Assembly (NCBI GenBank): GCA_964405325.1
Contig: CAYONM010000002.1
Coordinates: 1-57,531 of the forward strand
Direction of reading: 5' to 3'
Origin: an uncultured candidatus Brocadiaceae bacterium
GTDB taxonomy: Bacteria; Planctomycetota; UBA11346
DNA length: 57,531 nucleotides
Shown: piece after piece, positions 1 through 9,091 of the stretch
Numbering within the stretch: position 1 is the first letter of the stretch
Layout of the letters: each line of letters opens with the position of its first letter
Program-made: the position numbers and the translations under genes
The notes under the pieces: generated by a model
Told to the model about the DNA's origin: nothing
The model's database searches: none
Seen by the model: the letters and a program-made list of their open reading frames with translations, nothing else

Positions 1-99
1 CGAGCATATCGAGTATATGTAAGCGATAAGCAACGCAAAAGGGCGGCAAAAGATCGAGTGAGACGCTACCTTTATTTATTGACGGGCCCTTACTGGCTG
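1..99. mobile_element. Partial, diverged copy (right ~100 bp) of the ~156-bp MITE-like repeat family Y, cut by the window edge
   Basis: Aligns to 38601-38688 and 49319-49406 (gagcatatcgag..gcgataagcaacgca..ttgacgggccc). The last 40 bp are more diverged than in the internal copies. Confidence 0.6.
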
Positions 100-261
100 C
101 TGTTCCCGCTGCACATGCTCAAGGATCCGAATATTCGCCTCGAGAATCGTGGCCGTGGGCCTGTTCCTGGTTTTGCCGGTCTGGGCGAAACCCGCCTGGT
201 GGCCGCGCATTATCCGCAGGAAGGCGGCTACACCCTTGGCGACACCTATGTTGTCTACTGC

Positions 262-471
262 TCAGACGAGCAGATACCGCTTGCCTGGGCGTATCACCCC
301 GGTGGTGCCAGCGAAGCCAAGGTGGTCACCACGCGCGGCGAGCGGCAGACTGCCGACGATGCGCACCGCCAGCGGCAGGTCCCAGATGTACTTCAGGGGC
401 ATGGCGATGCCCAGAAGTAGCAGCAGGGAGAGGCCCTCGATGAGACTGGTGATACGCAGCAGGTGCATCAT
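262..471 (-). pseudogene. Truncated DUF3817-like small membrane protein (N-terminal half only)
   Basis: MMHLLRITSLIEGLSLLLLLGIAMPLKYIWDLPLAVRIVG matches the DUF3817 N-terminus. The expected HG.LF..Y second half is absent in all three frames downstream of ~340. Confidence 0.4.
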
Positions 472-695
472 GGCGATATCACAAAGCCAGGCGGGGCGAT
501 GGCCAGCAGCATCGCCCCGAGCTTGATCAACCCGTTGTGCTGGCGCCGCCACGGTCATCGCCTGATCTTGTCCTCGCGTAACTCAAATCCGTGCGCAAAC
601 GCTTTCCATAAGTGACTTCTGGCCAGAGGCTTGCAAGTCAGCGTTGCATACGCCTGATTTTTATAGTAACAAAAATGTTACGGATGGGAGTGATC

Positions 696-1232
696 ATGGC
701 TGGTTTTAACGCTTCAATATCGACGCATTTCATCGTCACCCTTGCTGCCGTTCTGCTGTTGGCCGGCTGCGATTCCAAGCTGCCCTGGCATTCCCATGAC
801 CGGCGGCCGGCAAGCATCACCACCACCCCACTGGTGAACGAGGAGGACACCACCGCAATCAATCTTACCGTTCCCAACGCGCCACAGGAGGCGGCGACCA
901 CCTCCTGGCAGGCTGCCGCCGACGGCCCAGGCCCGGTGCGCTTCAGCCATCCGGATCAGCTCGAGACCGAGGTCTACTTCCCGGTTGCCGGGACCTATAC
1001 CCTTACCGTCACCATCGATGGCCAGAGAAGCGAGATCCAGCATCAGGTGGCCTCGGATGCGGCCTACACCATCGAGGTCGCGGATGCCACTGATCGTACC
1101 GTGCAGTTGGAATGGCTGCCACCCATCGCTGAGCGGAGCCAGCCGATCGTGATCAACAATCAGGCGGCACTGGTGCGGCCGGTCCAGGAATTCCAGGTCC
1201 GCCTGCTGCCACCAGCGGAGGTGCAACCATGA
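696..1232 (+). CDS. Lipoprotein of unknown function
   Basis: ATG at 696 is preceded by gggag. Signal peptide with lipobox LLAGC. The stop overlaps the start of the next gene (ATGA at 1229). Confidence 0.6.
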   Translation: MAGFNASISTHFIVTLAAVLLLAGCDSKLPWHSHDRRPASITTTPLVNEEDTTAINLTVPNAPQEAATTSWQAAADGPGPVRFSHPDQLETEVYFPVAGTYTLTVTIDGQRSEIQHQVASDAAYTIEVADATDRTVQLEWLPPIAERSQPIVINNQAALVRPVQEFQVRLLPPAEVQP

Positions 1233-4200
1233 TCCGCATCATCACCGGCCTGGTCTTGGTCCTCACTGGTATCGGCCAGCTGGTCGCCGCCGCCTCGGAT
1301 ACGATTCTGAACAATGGCCAACTCCGCTTCGGCAATGGCTCGGAAGCCTCGGTCAATACCCTGGGCAATCTCATGCAGCCCTTCTATTGGAATGGCAGCT
1401 GGTATAAACTGACCTATAGCAACTACGCCCTGAATCAGGCCTTCGGCGTCGGCGGCGATGGCACCAACCGCTGGAATACCAACGGCGATATCACGGTGGA
1501 TCCGACCATGAACGGACCAGTCTTCGATGCCGGCGGGATCACCTACACCAGCGGCAATGTCGGCTATGGCACCCTGGTGGTGAGCGGTAGCTATACCATT
1601 GGTGCCACCAGCCTGGATGTGGAGCAGCGTTACGAACTGCCGGATGGCGAGTGCTTCATCAAGGCCGCTACCACCATCACCAACAACAGCGGCGGCGCGG
1701 TCAGCAATTTGCGCTACTGGGTTGGCACCAGGGACGACTACATCGGCAACGACGACACTCCGATAAAGGAACGCGGCAGCATCGACACCGGTTCCTTCGT
1801 GCGCAGTGGTGCAAGCAGCGATCCATCGCCGGCGCTACTGGTCAGCTCGGGCTCGGAAGGCGTGCTCTTTTTCAGCCCGCAGGACACTGCCAGCGCGATC
1901 ATCGATCTCGGTTTCGGGGCCTTCAACGATGTCGTCTTTGAGGACCCCGACACCTCACCAGTCTACCAAGAAGGTGATGACTGTTATGGCCTGTTTGTGC
2001 GCCTGCCCGACCTGGCCAATGGCGACAGCGCGAGCTTCTCCTGGTATTATGCTGCCGGGGCCACCGCCGAGTTGGACGCTGTGATCGCCGCCGTTGCGGA
2101 CGATGCCTCGGCGGTATCAGAGCTCACCGCGACCACAGGCACGCTGACCGCCACCTCTTCGGTGACCGGCACCGGCTACTGGCTGGTGGTGCCCGATGGC
2201 TCAGCCGTGCCCACCGAGGCCGAGATCGTCGCTGGGGTGGATTACGGGGCGGTCACGGTCACCGCGGCCGGCTCGGGCGCGATTACCGCCGACACGGAAA
2301 CCGACTACAGCCTGACCGGTCTGTCGCCGGTGACCGATTACACAGTCTTTTTCGTCGGTTTCGACGGCGATGCGACCTATTCGGATATCAGCAGTGCCGA
2401 TTTCACCACCGAGCAAGCGACCCCGACCATCACCACAGCGCCCAGCGCCACCAATATCACGTATGGGCAGACGCTCAGCAACGCCACCCTGAGCGGCGGT
2501 GCGTCAGAATGGAACAGCGCTGGGGTCGTCGGCACTTTCGCTTTCAGCAGTCCGGGCACGACGCCGGCTGCCGGTACCGCCAATCAGGAGGTGACCTTCA
2601 CCCCCACCGATACCGCCACCTATACCACCGCGACCGTGCAGGTATCGGTGACGGTGAACAGCAAGGTGCTGAGCGTCAGCGGCCTGAGCGCTGTGGACAA
2701 GGTGTACGACGGCAGCACCGACGCCAGCGCCAGCGGCACCGCCAGCCTGAGCGGCGTGGTCAGCGGCGACAGCGTCAGCCTGGGCGGCACGCCTAGCTAT
2801 ACTTTCGTCAGTGCCGGGGTGGGCGTTGGCATCGGCATCATCACCAGCGGCTTCAGCATCGGTGGTGCTGACGCCGGTAATTACAGTCTGAGCCAACCTG
2901 GCTTCAGCGCCAATATCGGCGCCAAGGATCTGACCATCACCGGACTGACCGCCATTGATAAAACCTATGATACTGCCACCAGTGCGACGGTCTCCGGCGT
3001 TCCCATTCTGAACGGCGTGGTCGCTGGAGACGGGGTGACCCTGGGCGGCACGCCAAGTTTTAGTTTTGTCAGTGCCAGCGTGGCCACCGGCATCACCGTC
3101 ACCGGCAGCGGCTTCACTCTCGGCGGTGCTGATGCCGGTAATTACAGTTTGAGCCAACCCAGCCTGAGCGCTAATATCAGCGCCAAGCAACTGACCATCA
3201 GCGGTCTGAGCGGCAACGACAAGACCTACGACGCGAGCACCGACGCTACCGCCAGCGGTAGCACCGTCCTGAATGGCGTGCTCGGCGGCGACAGCGTCAG
3301 CCTCGCCGGCACGCCGGTCTACACCTTCGCCCAGGCAGACATCGGCACGAGCATCGGCATCAGCACCAGCGGCTACAGCCTGAGCGGCGCTGATGCCGGG
3401 AATTACAGCGTCAGCCAACCCGGCCTGAGCGGCGACATCAGCGCCAAAGCGCTCACCGTCAGCGGTTTGAGCGGCGACAACAAGATCTACGACGGCAGCA
3501 CCGACGCCAGCGTCAGTGGCACCGCCAGCCTGCAGGGTGTGATCGCGGGCGACAGCGTCAGCCTCGCCGGCACGCCGGTCTACACCTTCGCCCAGGCGGA
3601 CATCGGTACGAGCATCGGCATCAGCACCAGCGGTTTCAGCATCAGCGGCGATGGCGCCGACAATTACAGTCTCAGCCAACCCAGCCTCAGCGCTGACATC
3701 AGCGGCAAGCAGCTGAGCATCAGCGGCCTGAGCGCTGTGGACAAAGTCTACGATGGCAGCACCACTGCCACCGCCAATGGCAACGCCAGCCTGCAGGGCG
3801 TGGCAGCCGGTGACAGCGTCAGCCTGGACGGCAGCCCGGCCTGGCGCTTCGCCAGCGCGGATGTCGGCACCGGCATCGGCATCGATACCCTGGGCTACCG
3901 CCTCGGCGGCGCCGACGCCGGCAATTACTCCCTGGTGCTGCCCAGCCTCAGTGCCGACATCACCAGCAAGCAGCTGACCATCGTTGGTTTGGTCGGTAAC
4001 GACAAGGCCTACGACGGCGAGACCAGCGCCAGCGCCAGCGGCACAGCCGCGCTCACCGGCCTGATCAGCGGCGACAGCGTCAGCCTCACTGGCACCGCCA
4101 GCTACACCTTCACCAGCACCGCGATCGGATCCGACATCAGCATCACGGTCAGTGGTTTCAGCCTAAGCGGGACCGATGCCAGCAATTACCAGCTGCAACA

Positions 4201-5431
4201 ACCGACCCTGCAGGCCGATATCACCGCCTTCGCTGTCAGCATCACCGGCCTGAGCGCTGTGGACAAGGTGTACGACGGCAGCACCGACGCCAGCGTCAGT
4301 GGCAACGCCCAGCTGGATGGCGTCCGAGACGGTGACGTGGTCACGCTGACCGGTACACCGGGCTTCACCTTCGCCCAGGCACGGGTTGGCACCGGCATCA
4401 GCATCACGACCACCGGCTATGGCCTCAGTGGTGCAGATGCCGGCAACTATAGCCTGGTGTCACCCCAGCTGCAGGCCGCTATCAGCACCAAGCAACTGAC
4501 CATCAGCGGTCTCAGCGGTGCGGATAAGCGCTATGACGGCACCGTCCTGGCCTCAGCCAATGGCAACGCCAGCCTGGATGAGGTGGTGGCTGGCGACGAG
4601 GTCTCGCTGGCGGGCGAGCTGGTTTGCCGCTTCGCTGGTGCCGATGTCGGCAGCGATCTCAGCATCAGCTGCAGCGGCTATCAGCTCAGCGGTGCCGACG
4701 CGACCAACTACCGCCTGACCCATCCCTCGCTGCGCGCGGCGATCACCGCCCGGAGCCTGGTGATCAGCGCCGAACCAGTCACCAAGGCCTTCGGCAGCAG
4801 CCTGCAGGCCAGCGATGAGTACACCGCGTTCACCGGCACCGGCCTGGTGACCGACGAGCAAGTCGCCAGCGTCAGTGTCAGCTATGGCGCTGGCGCAGAG
4901 GCCCAGGCGAGGCCTGGCGTCTATCCCGACAGCGTCAGCATCGCGGCAGCCACGGGCGACGCTTTCGATCCGGACAATTACCAGATCAGCTATCAGCCGG
5001 CGGATCTGACCGTCAGCTCCCTTAGCCTGCTGGTGACGCTCGACCCGAACGGTGGCGATGCCTTGGAACCCGACGCCCTGCAGGTGGTGCTGGGTAATCG
5101 CTACGGCACCCTGCCGACCCCGATCCGCACCGGGTATACCTTCGCTGGCTGGCAGACCGCCTCCGGCGATCTGGTCAGTAGCAGCACCGAGGTCACGATC
5201 AGCAGCGATCACACGCTGACAGCGACCTGGCGTTACCAGGCTCGCTTGACCCTGCGCGGCTATCTGCTGCAAGGCGATCAGACCATCCAGGGCGACTCGC
5301 AGCAGGCCACGCTGATCGAGCAGGCCACCGCTGCCGATGGCAGCCCGCAATTTCGTTATTCCGTGGCAGATGGACCGGACGAGGTGCTGATCCGTTTTCG
5401 GATCGGACCGACGCCGGCAGGGGATGGCTGA
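1229..5431 (+). CDS. Giant surface protein (1400 aa): 8 tandem MBG/YDG-type repeats plus a C-terminal Listeria-Bacteroides repeat domain
   Basis: N-terminal hydrophobic signal. An ~90-aa unit (..DK.YDGST.A..SG...L.GV..GD.V.L.G.P...F..A.VG..I.I...G..L.G.DAGNY.L..P.L.A.I..K.LTI.GL) occurs 8 times. The C-terminus reads LDPNGGD..YG.LP.P.R.GYTFAGW...........V......LTATW. Confidence 0.8.
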   Translation: MIRIITGLVLVLTGIGQLVAAASDTILNNGQLRFGNGSEASVNTLGNLMQPFYWNGSWYKLTYSNYALNQAFGVGGDGTNRWNTNGDITVDPTMNGPVFDAGGITYTSGNVGYGTLVVSGSYTIGATSLDVEQRYELPDGECFIKAATTITNNSGGAVSNLRYWVGTRDDYIGNDDTPIKERGSIDTGSFVRSGASSDPSPALLVSSGSEGVLFFSPQDTASAIIDLGFGAFNDVVFEDPDTSPVYQEGDDCYGLFVRLPDLANGDSASFSWYYAAGATAELDAVIAAVADDASAVSELTATTGTLTATSSVTGTGYWLVVPDGSAVPTEAEIVAGVDYGAVTVTAAGSGAITADTETDYSLTGLSPVTDYTVFFVGFDGDATYSDISSADFTTEQATPTITTAPSATNITYGQTLSNATLSGGASEWNSAGVVGTFAFSSPGTTPAAGTANQEVTFTPTDTATYTTATVQVSVTVNSKVLSVSGLSAVDKVYDGSTDASASGTASLSGVVSGDSVSLGGTPSYTFVSAGVGVGIGIITSGFSIGGADAGNYSLSQPGFSANIGAKDLTITGLTAIDKTYDTATSATVSGVPILNGVVAGDGVTLGGTPSFSFVSASVATGITVTGSGFTLGGADAGNYSLSQPSLSANISAKQLTISGLSGNDKTYDASTDATASGSTVLNGVLGGDSVSLAGTPVYTFAQADIGTSIGISTSGYSLSGADAGNYSVSQPGLSGDISAKALTVSGLSGDNKIYDGSTDASVSGTASLQGVIAGDSVSLAGTPVYTFAQADIGTSIGISTSGFSISGDGADNYSLSQPSLSADISGKQLSISGLSAVDKVYDGSTTATANGNASLQGVAAGDSVSLDGSPAWRFASADVGTGIGIDTLGYRLGGADAGNYSLVLPSLSADITSKQLTIVGLVGNDKAYDGETSASASGTAALTGLISGDSVSLTGTASYTFTSTAIGSDISITVSGFSLSGTDASNYQLQQPTLQADITAFAVSITGLSAVDKVYDGSTDASVSGNAQLDGVRDGDVVTLTGTPGFTFAQARVGTGISITTTGYGLSGADAGNYSLVSPQLQAAISTKQLTISGLSGADKRYDGTVLASANGNASLDEVVAGDEVSLAGELVCRFAGADVGSDLSISCSGYQLSGADATNYRLTHPSLRAAITARSLVISAEPVTKAFGSSLQASDEYTAFTGTGLVTDEQVASVSVSYGAGAEAQARPGVYPDSVSIAAATGDAFDPDNYQISYQPADLTVSSLSLLVTLDPNGGDALEPDALQVVLGNRYGTLPTPIRTGYTFAGWQTASGDLVSSSTEVTISSDHTLTATWRYQARLTLRGYLLQGDQTIQGDSQQATLIEQATAADGSPQFRYSVADGPDEVLIRFRIGPTPAGDG

Positions 5432-5470
5432 AAGCACGACCCAGGGCCGATGGCAGGACGACGTTGGGCT

Positions 5471-6049
5471 TCAGACCACGCGCACGGCATGGCTGGCCGT
5501 GCGATCGCGGAGCTTGCCAAGGACCACTCGCAGGAGGGTCTCGTCCTCCTGGTCGATCTGGTTCTGATCCTTCAGACCGCGGAAAATCTGCGAGATCCGG
5601 AAGCTGTCGGACTCGGGCTTGGCGTTGCGCAGCCACAGCATGGTGGCATCCAGCACGTATTTGGGCGGGAAGGCGCGGAAGGCATGACCACCAGCCAGCC
5701 AGCTGATGACGAATTCGTCTTCACTGCCTATGGTGAAGGCATCGAAACAGAAGATGTGGTAGGCCTTGGCGCGCCGTTCGTCCATCCAATCCATGCGGTT
5801 GCGGACCCGGTCGAAGAGTGCCGTATAGACCGCATGACGCTCGTCGATCTTGCGACGGCTCAGCTTCTGAACGAACTCCTTGCACCAGGCACCCGTACCG
5901 AAGTAGTGCGAGAAACCCTCCAGGTCGAGTCGTCGAAGACGGTCCAGGGTCAGCTCCATGTCGCTATCACAAACCATGGCCTTCAAAAAATCGACCCGCT
6001 CCGGCATGCGACGAAAACGATCGGTCAGGCGCGCAAGGATACCGCTCAT
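5471..6049 (-). CDS. Hypothetical protein (192 aa), family not recognised
   Basis: Clean ORF with a strong RBS (gggagg, 6 nt before the ATG at 6049). AT-richer upstream region. Convergent with the adhesin gene. Confidence 0.55.
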   Translation of the reverse strand: MSGILARLTDRFRRMPERVDFLKAMVCDSDMELTLDRLRRLDLEGFSHYFGTGAWCKEFVQKLSRRKIDERHAVYTALFDRVRNRMDWMDERRAKAYHIFCFDAFTIGSEDEFVISWLAGGHAFRAFPPKYVLDATMLWLRNAKPESDSFRISQIFRGLKDQNQIDQEDETLLRVVLGKLRDRTASHAVRVV

Positions 6050-6261
6050 GAATACCTCCCAGAATCGCGAGACTGCTCGGCTGATTGATAAAGTAGCGGC
6101 AAAAGCGGAGAAATAAAGCGTCTAAAGGCAGTTTTTACGCTCTGTAGCGTGGTACACTCATGCCCCAAAACTAGCCACGCAAGTGATGTAGCGGCACGGG
6201 CTTGGGCTCATCCGTACCACACACCCCAAACACATCCGTGCGGCACCAGTCGCCAGCACAC

Positions 6262-6290
6262 GAAAAGACCGGGCCCAATCCGGGCCCGGC
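6262..6290 (-). terminator. Rho-independent terminator downstream of the HAD phosphatase gene
   Basis: Minus strand reads ccgggccc-loop-gggcccgg followed by tctttt. Confidence 0.6.
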
Positions 6291-6317
6291 TTGGCATTCG
6301 TCCGATGCGCAAACGTT

Positions 6318-7100
6318 TCAGGAAAGGAGTTTCTCCAGCGTACCCAGATCCACCTGGCCACCGGTGAGGGGCGCGTTCCGGGGGTTGGCCAACACCTCGG
6401 CCGGCTCACTGTCGTCGCCCAGACAACTCAGCACGAGGGCGGCCTCGCTACAGTCTTCATGGCGGGTGTAGCTGGAGACCGTGACCAGACAACGCAAGCC
6501 GGCGGCGGTGGCAGCCAGCAGGCCGTTGCGACTGTCTTCCACCACCAGGGTGTTGGCCGGGTTCAGCTGCAGCTTGTCGACGGCCAATTGGTACACGTCT
6601 GGAGCCGGCTTCTTGGCCGGCACCATGTCACCGGCAAAAATGCCGGCAAAACGCTTGGCGTTGTCAGCACCGACGGCGGCTTCCAACACCGCTTGAACCG
6701 ACTCCACCGCTGAAGTGGAGCACATAGCACAGGTCCAACCGGCATCGAGGGCGGCCAGGATCAGCCGACGAATGCCAGGCCGCGGCGGCACATCGCCGGC
6801 ATTGATGATCGCCTTGTACTCGGCGGTCTTGCGCTGGTGCCACTGCGCGATCAGGGCGTCCTGCTCGGCCGGATCCGCCGGCGGGGTGTAAACCGCACAA
6901 AAGTCGTCGTCGCGGAACAGAGAACGCATGCGTTCTTTGCCGCCACCGATCAGCACCTTCTGCTGGTATTGCTCATCCGACCACTGCCAAGGAACGCCCA
7001 GGGCCTGCCACATGCGGTTGAAGGCCACCAGGTGACCGTAGCGCTCAGTATCGGCGAGAACGCCATCACAATCGAAGAGAATCGCGTTGCCCATGCTCAT
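6318..7100 (-). CDS. HAD-superfamily phosphatase, CbbY-like
   Basis: N-terminal ILFDCDGVLADTE HAD motif I and overall CbbY-like sequence. The start overlaps the aldolase stop (ATGA). Confidence 0.75.
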   Translation of the reverse strand: MSMGNAILFDCDGVLADTERYGHLVAFNRMWQALGVPWQWSDEQYQQKVLIGGGKERMRSLFRDDDFCAVYTPPADPAEQDALIAQWHQRKTAEYKAIINAGDVPPRPGIRRLILAALDAGWTCAMCSTSAVESVQAVLEAAVGADNAKRFAGIFAGDMVPAKKPAPDVYQLAVDKLQLNPANTLVVEDSRNGLLAATAAGLRCLVTVSSYTRHEDCSEAALVLSCLGDDSEPAEVLANPRNAPLTGGQVDLGTLEKLLS

Positions 7101-7951
7101 GCCTTTCCTGCACAGCCGAAGATGTCGATGAAGTCCTCCGCCATGGCCTGCATGCCGGTCATGCCGGCCTGGATCTGCTTGAGCGGATCGGGTTTGGCCA
7201 GGTTGGCCTGGAGGTAGTTGTTGGTGCTCTGGGCATAGACGATCTTCAGCTGTGTGCTGATGTTGACCTTGGCCATGCCGCGGCTGATCAGGTCGTGAAA
7301 GACATCGGTGCCCAGGCCGGTGCCGCCGTGCAGCACCAGGGGAATAGCCGGACAGGCCTGGGCGATCTCGGACACGCGAGCGACGTTGATCTGCGGCTCG
7401 CCGTCGTACATGCCGTGCGCGGTACCAATGGCCGGGGCAAAGCAGTCAATGCCGGTCTCGCCACAGAATCGGACCGCCTGGTCCAGAGGAATGGCCGGGC
7501 CTTCTTCGTCGGAGCCGATGCCGTCTTCTACACCCTTCACCGCTTCGGCCTCACCTTCAACGCAGACACCGCGGGCGTGCGCCATGGCCACCACCCGCTT
7601 GGTGGTTTCCAGACACTCGTCAAATGGCAGATGCGAGCCATCGAACAACACGCTGCTCCAGCCGGCATCTATACACTCCTCGATCACCTCCACGTAGGGG
7701 CAGTGGTCCAGGTGCAGGCAGGTGGGTACGCTTGCCGTGCTAGCCATCTGCTGGAACAGGCCGCCCAGCACCTTGGCGCCCCAGAATTTGACGGTTTTCA
7801 CCGATACCTGAATGATCACCGGGGCGCGCTTGGCCTCGGCCGCGGCCAACAGGGCCGCCAGGCTGGCGTCGTTCACCATGTTGAAGGCCGGCACGCCGTA
7901 GCGCTGTGCGAAGGCCGGTTTGAGAATCTCAGTCATCGACACAATAGTCAT
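7097..7951 (-). CDS. fba: Class II fructose/ketose-bisphosphate aldolase
   Basis: Motifs LHLDHC, VLHGGTG and GTAHG. Start chosen at 7951 (aagga RBS 8 nt upstream). The ORF extends to 8116 but that N-terminal extension looks non-coding. Confidence 0.85.
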   Translation of the reverse strand: MTIVSMTEILKPAFAQRYGVPAFNMVNDASLAALLAAAEAKRAPVIIQVSVKTVKFWGAKVLGGLFQQMASTASVPTCLHLDHCPYVEVIEECIDAGWSSVLFDGSHLPFDECLETTKRVVAMAHARGVCVEGEAEAVKGVEDGIGSDEEGPAIPLDQAVRFCGETGIDCFAPAIGTAHGMYDGEPQINVARVSEIAQACPAIPLVLHGGTGLGTDVFHDLISRGMAKVNISTQLKIVYAQSTNNYLQANLAKPDPLKQIQAGMTGMQAMAEDFIDIFGCAGKA

Positions 7952-8160
7952 GGGTGATGTTCCTTGCTTGGTCATCCCAGCCGCGAAGCGGCGCGATCGG
8001 AAGGCGAAAGGCTTGGAAGCCCCTACTGAAACAACGAGTTGCCGCAGGGCCGCCAAGATGTCGGACCAATATTGACGGCTGGGACTGGTCGTGCCAGTTG
8101 CGGACTGAAACTGCAATCACTTGCAATTGGTCGAGCTGGACCAGCCCCTTGGCTACCTGG

Positions 8161-9006
8161 TCACAGACCGAGCTGCATCCGCACCATCACCATGATGTCG
8201 GCCGGCTGTGGTGGCGTGCCCAGACGTTGCTCGGCACCGCAGTAGCTGATATCGATCGCCGGGTGGACGCGCTGCCAGAGGGCGCCCAGACCACGCTGAG
8301 TCGATCCTTGATCCAAACAGATGACCAACTGCGTCGCGTTGCGTCGAACCTGCGCCACGGGCAAGGGCCGGATGCTGCTGCAGGGGACCAGAGCGGCGGG
8401 AATACCGTGTGCGGTCAGCAGGGCCTCGGCCTCCGTGGCCAGCCCCACGGCTTCTTGCGCACAGAGCAACCAGACCGGCTCTTCCGGTTCGGCACAGAGT
8501 CGACCCCATTCGAAGCAGCCGGGATCACAGATGCTCAGCCATTGCTCCGGGGCGACGATCAGGGTCGGCCATTCATCGGCCAAACTGCGCCAGAGCAGCG
8601 CCCGCGCCTCCTGATAACTGGATGGTGCCGCAATCCACCAGCCCGGCAGGCTATTCCAGCTGCACCAATCCAGGTCGTGTTGATCCGGCAGGATCAGTTT
8701 GACCGGCAGCATCTTCCGGCCAATGGCCTCCAATACCTCGCGATGCACCCGGGCGTTGCCGTCTTCCGGCGTCCAGACCACGCGCTTACCGCAGCCAGCC
8801 TGGAGACTGGCCACGCTGGGCACCGACGACCAGCGCTGTAGTCGATGCAGCGGCAGGCCGGCGTCCATGAGCGCCTGCAACCAGGCATGGATCTGCTGTG
8901 GCGGCGTGGCCTGCATGGCCACGGCATCCAACACGCCAGCGTAGGCGCTGGTATCGACTGGCGACCAATCTCGTACGGCGGGCGGCGAATCGGGCATGGG
9001 GAGCAC
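8161..9006 (-). CDS. Transketolase/DXS C-terminal-half-like protein (pyrimidine-binding plus C-terminal domains), probably degenerate
   Basis: Pattern LPVKLILPDQHD.., LPGWWIAAPSSYQEARALL, ..WLLCAQEAVGLATEAEALLTAHGIPAALVPCSSIRPL resembles the C-terminal half of transketolase-family enzymes. No TPP-binding N-terminal partner is nearby. Confidence 0.45.
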   Translation of the reverse strand: MLPMPDSPPAVRDWSPVDTSAYAGVLDAVAMQATPPQQIHAWLQALMDAGLPLHRLQRWSSVPSVASLQAGCGKRVVWTPEDGNARVHREVLEAIGRKMLPVKLILPDQHDLDWCSWNSLPGWWIAAPSSYQEARALLWRSLADEWPTLIVAPEQWLSICDPGCFEWGRLCAEPEEPVWLLCAQEAVGLATEAEALLTAHGIPAALVPCSSIRPLPVAQVRRNATQLVICLDQGSTQRGLGALWQRVHPAIDISYCGAEQRLGTPPQPADIMVMVRMQLGL

Positions 9007-9091
9007 ACGCTAGTGCACAGCGATTGCTGGCAAGCAGGTGCTGGATCGGGTCCGCTTTGCAGCCGCGCCAGTGGCCATAGGGTTCCCCGCC

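Noticed and set aside
58-420. 120-aa plus-strand ORF at the left edge with partly protein-like sequence (..KDPNIRLENRGRGPVPGF..YVVYCSDEQIPLAW..)
   Set aside because: It starts inside the terminal repeat at a GTG, its 3' half is antisense to the DUF3817 remnant, and no family is recognised. It may be a gene fragment, but I cannot support a call.
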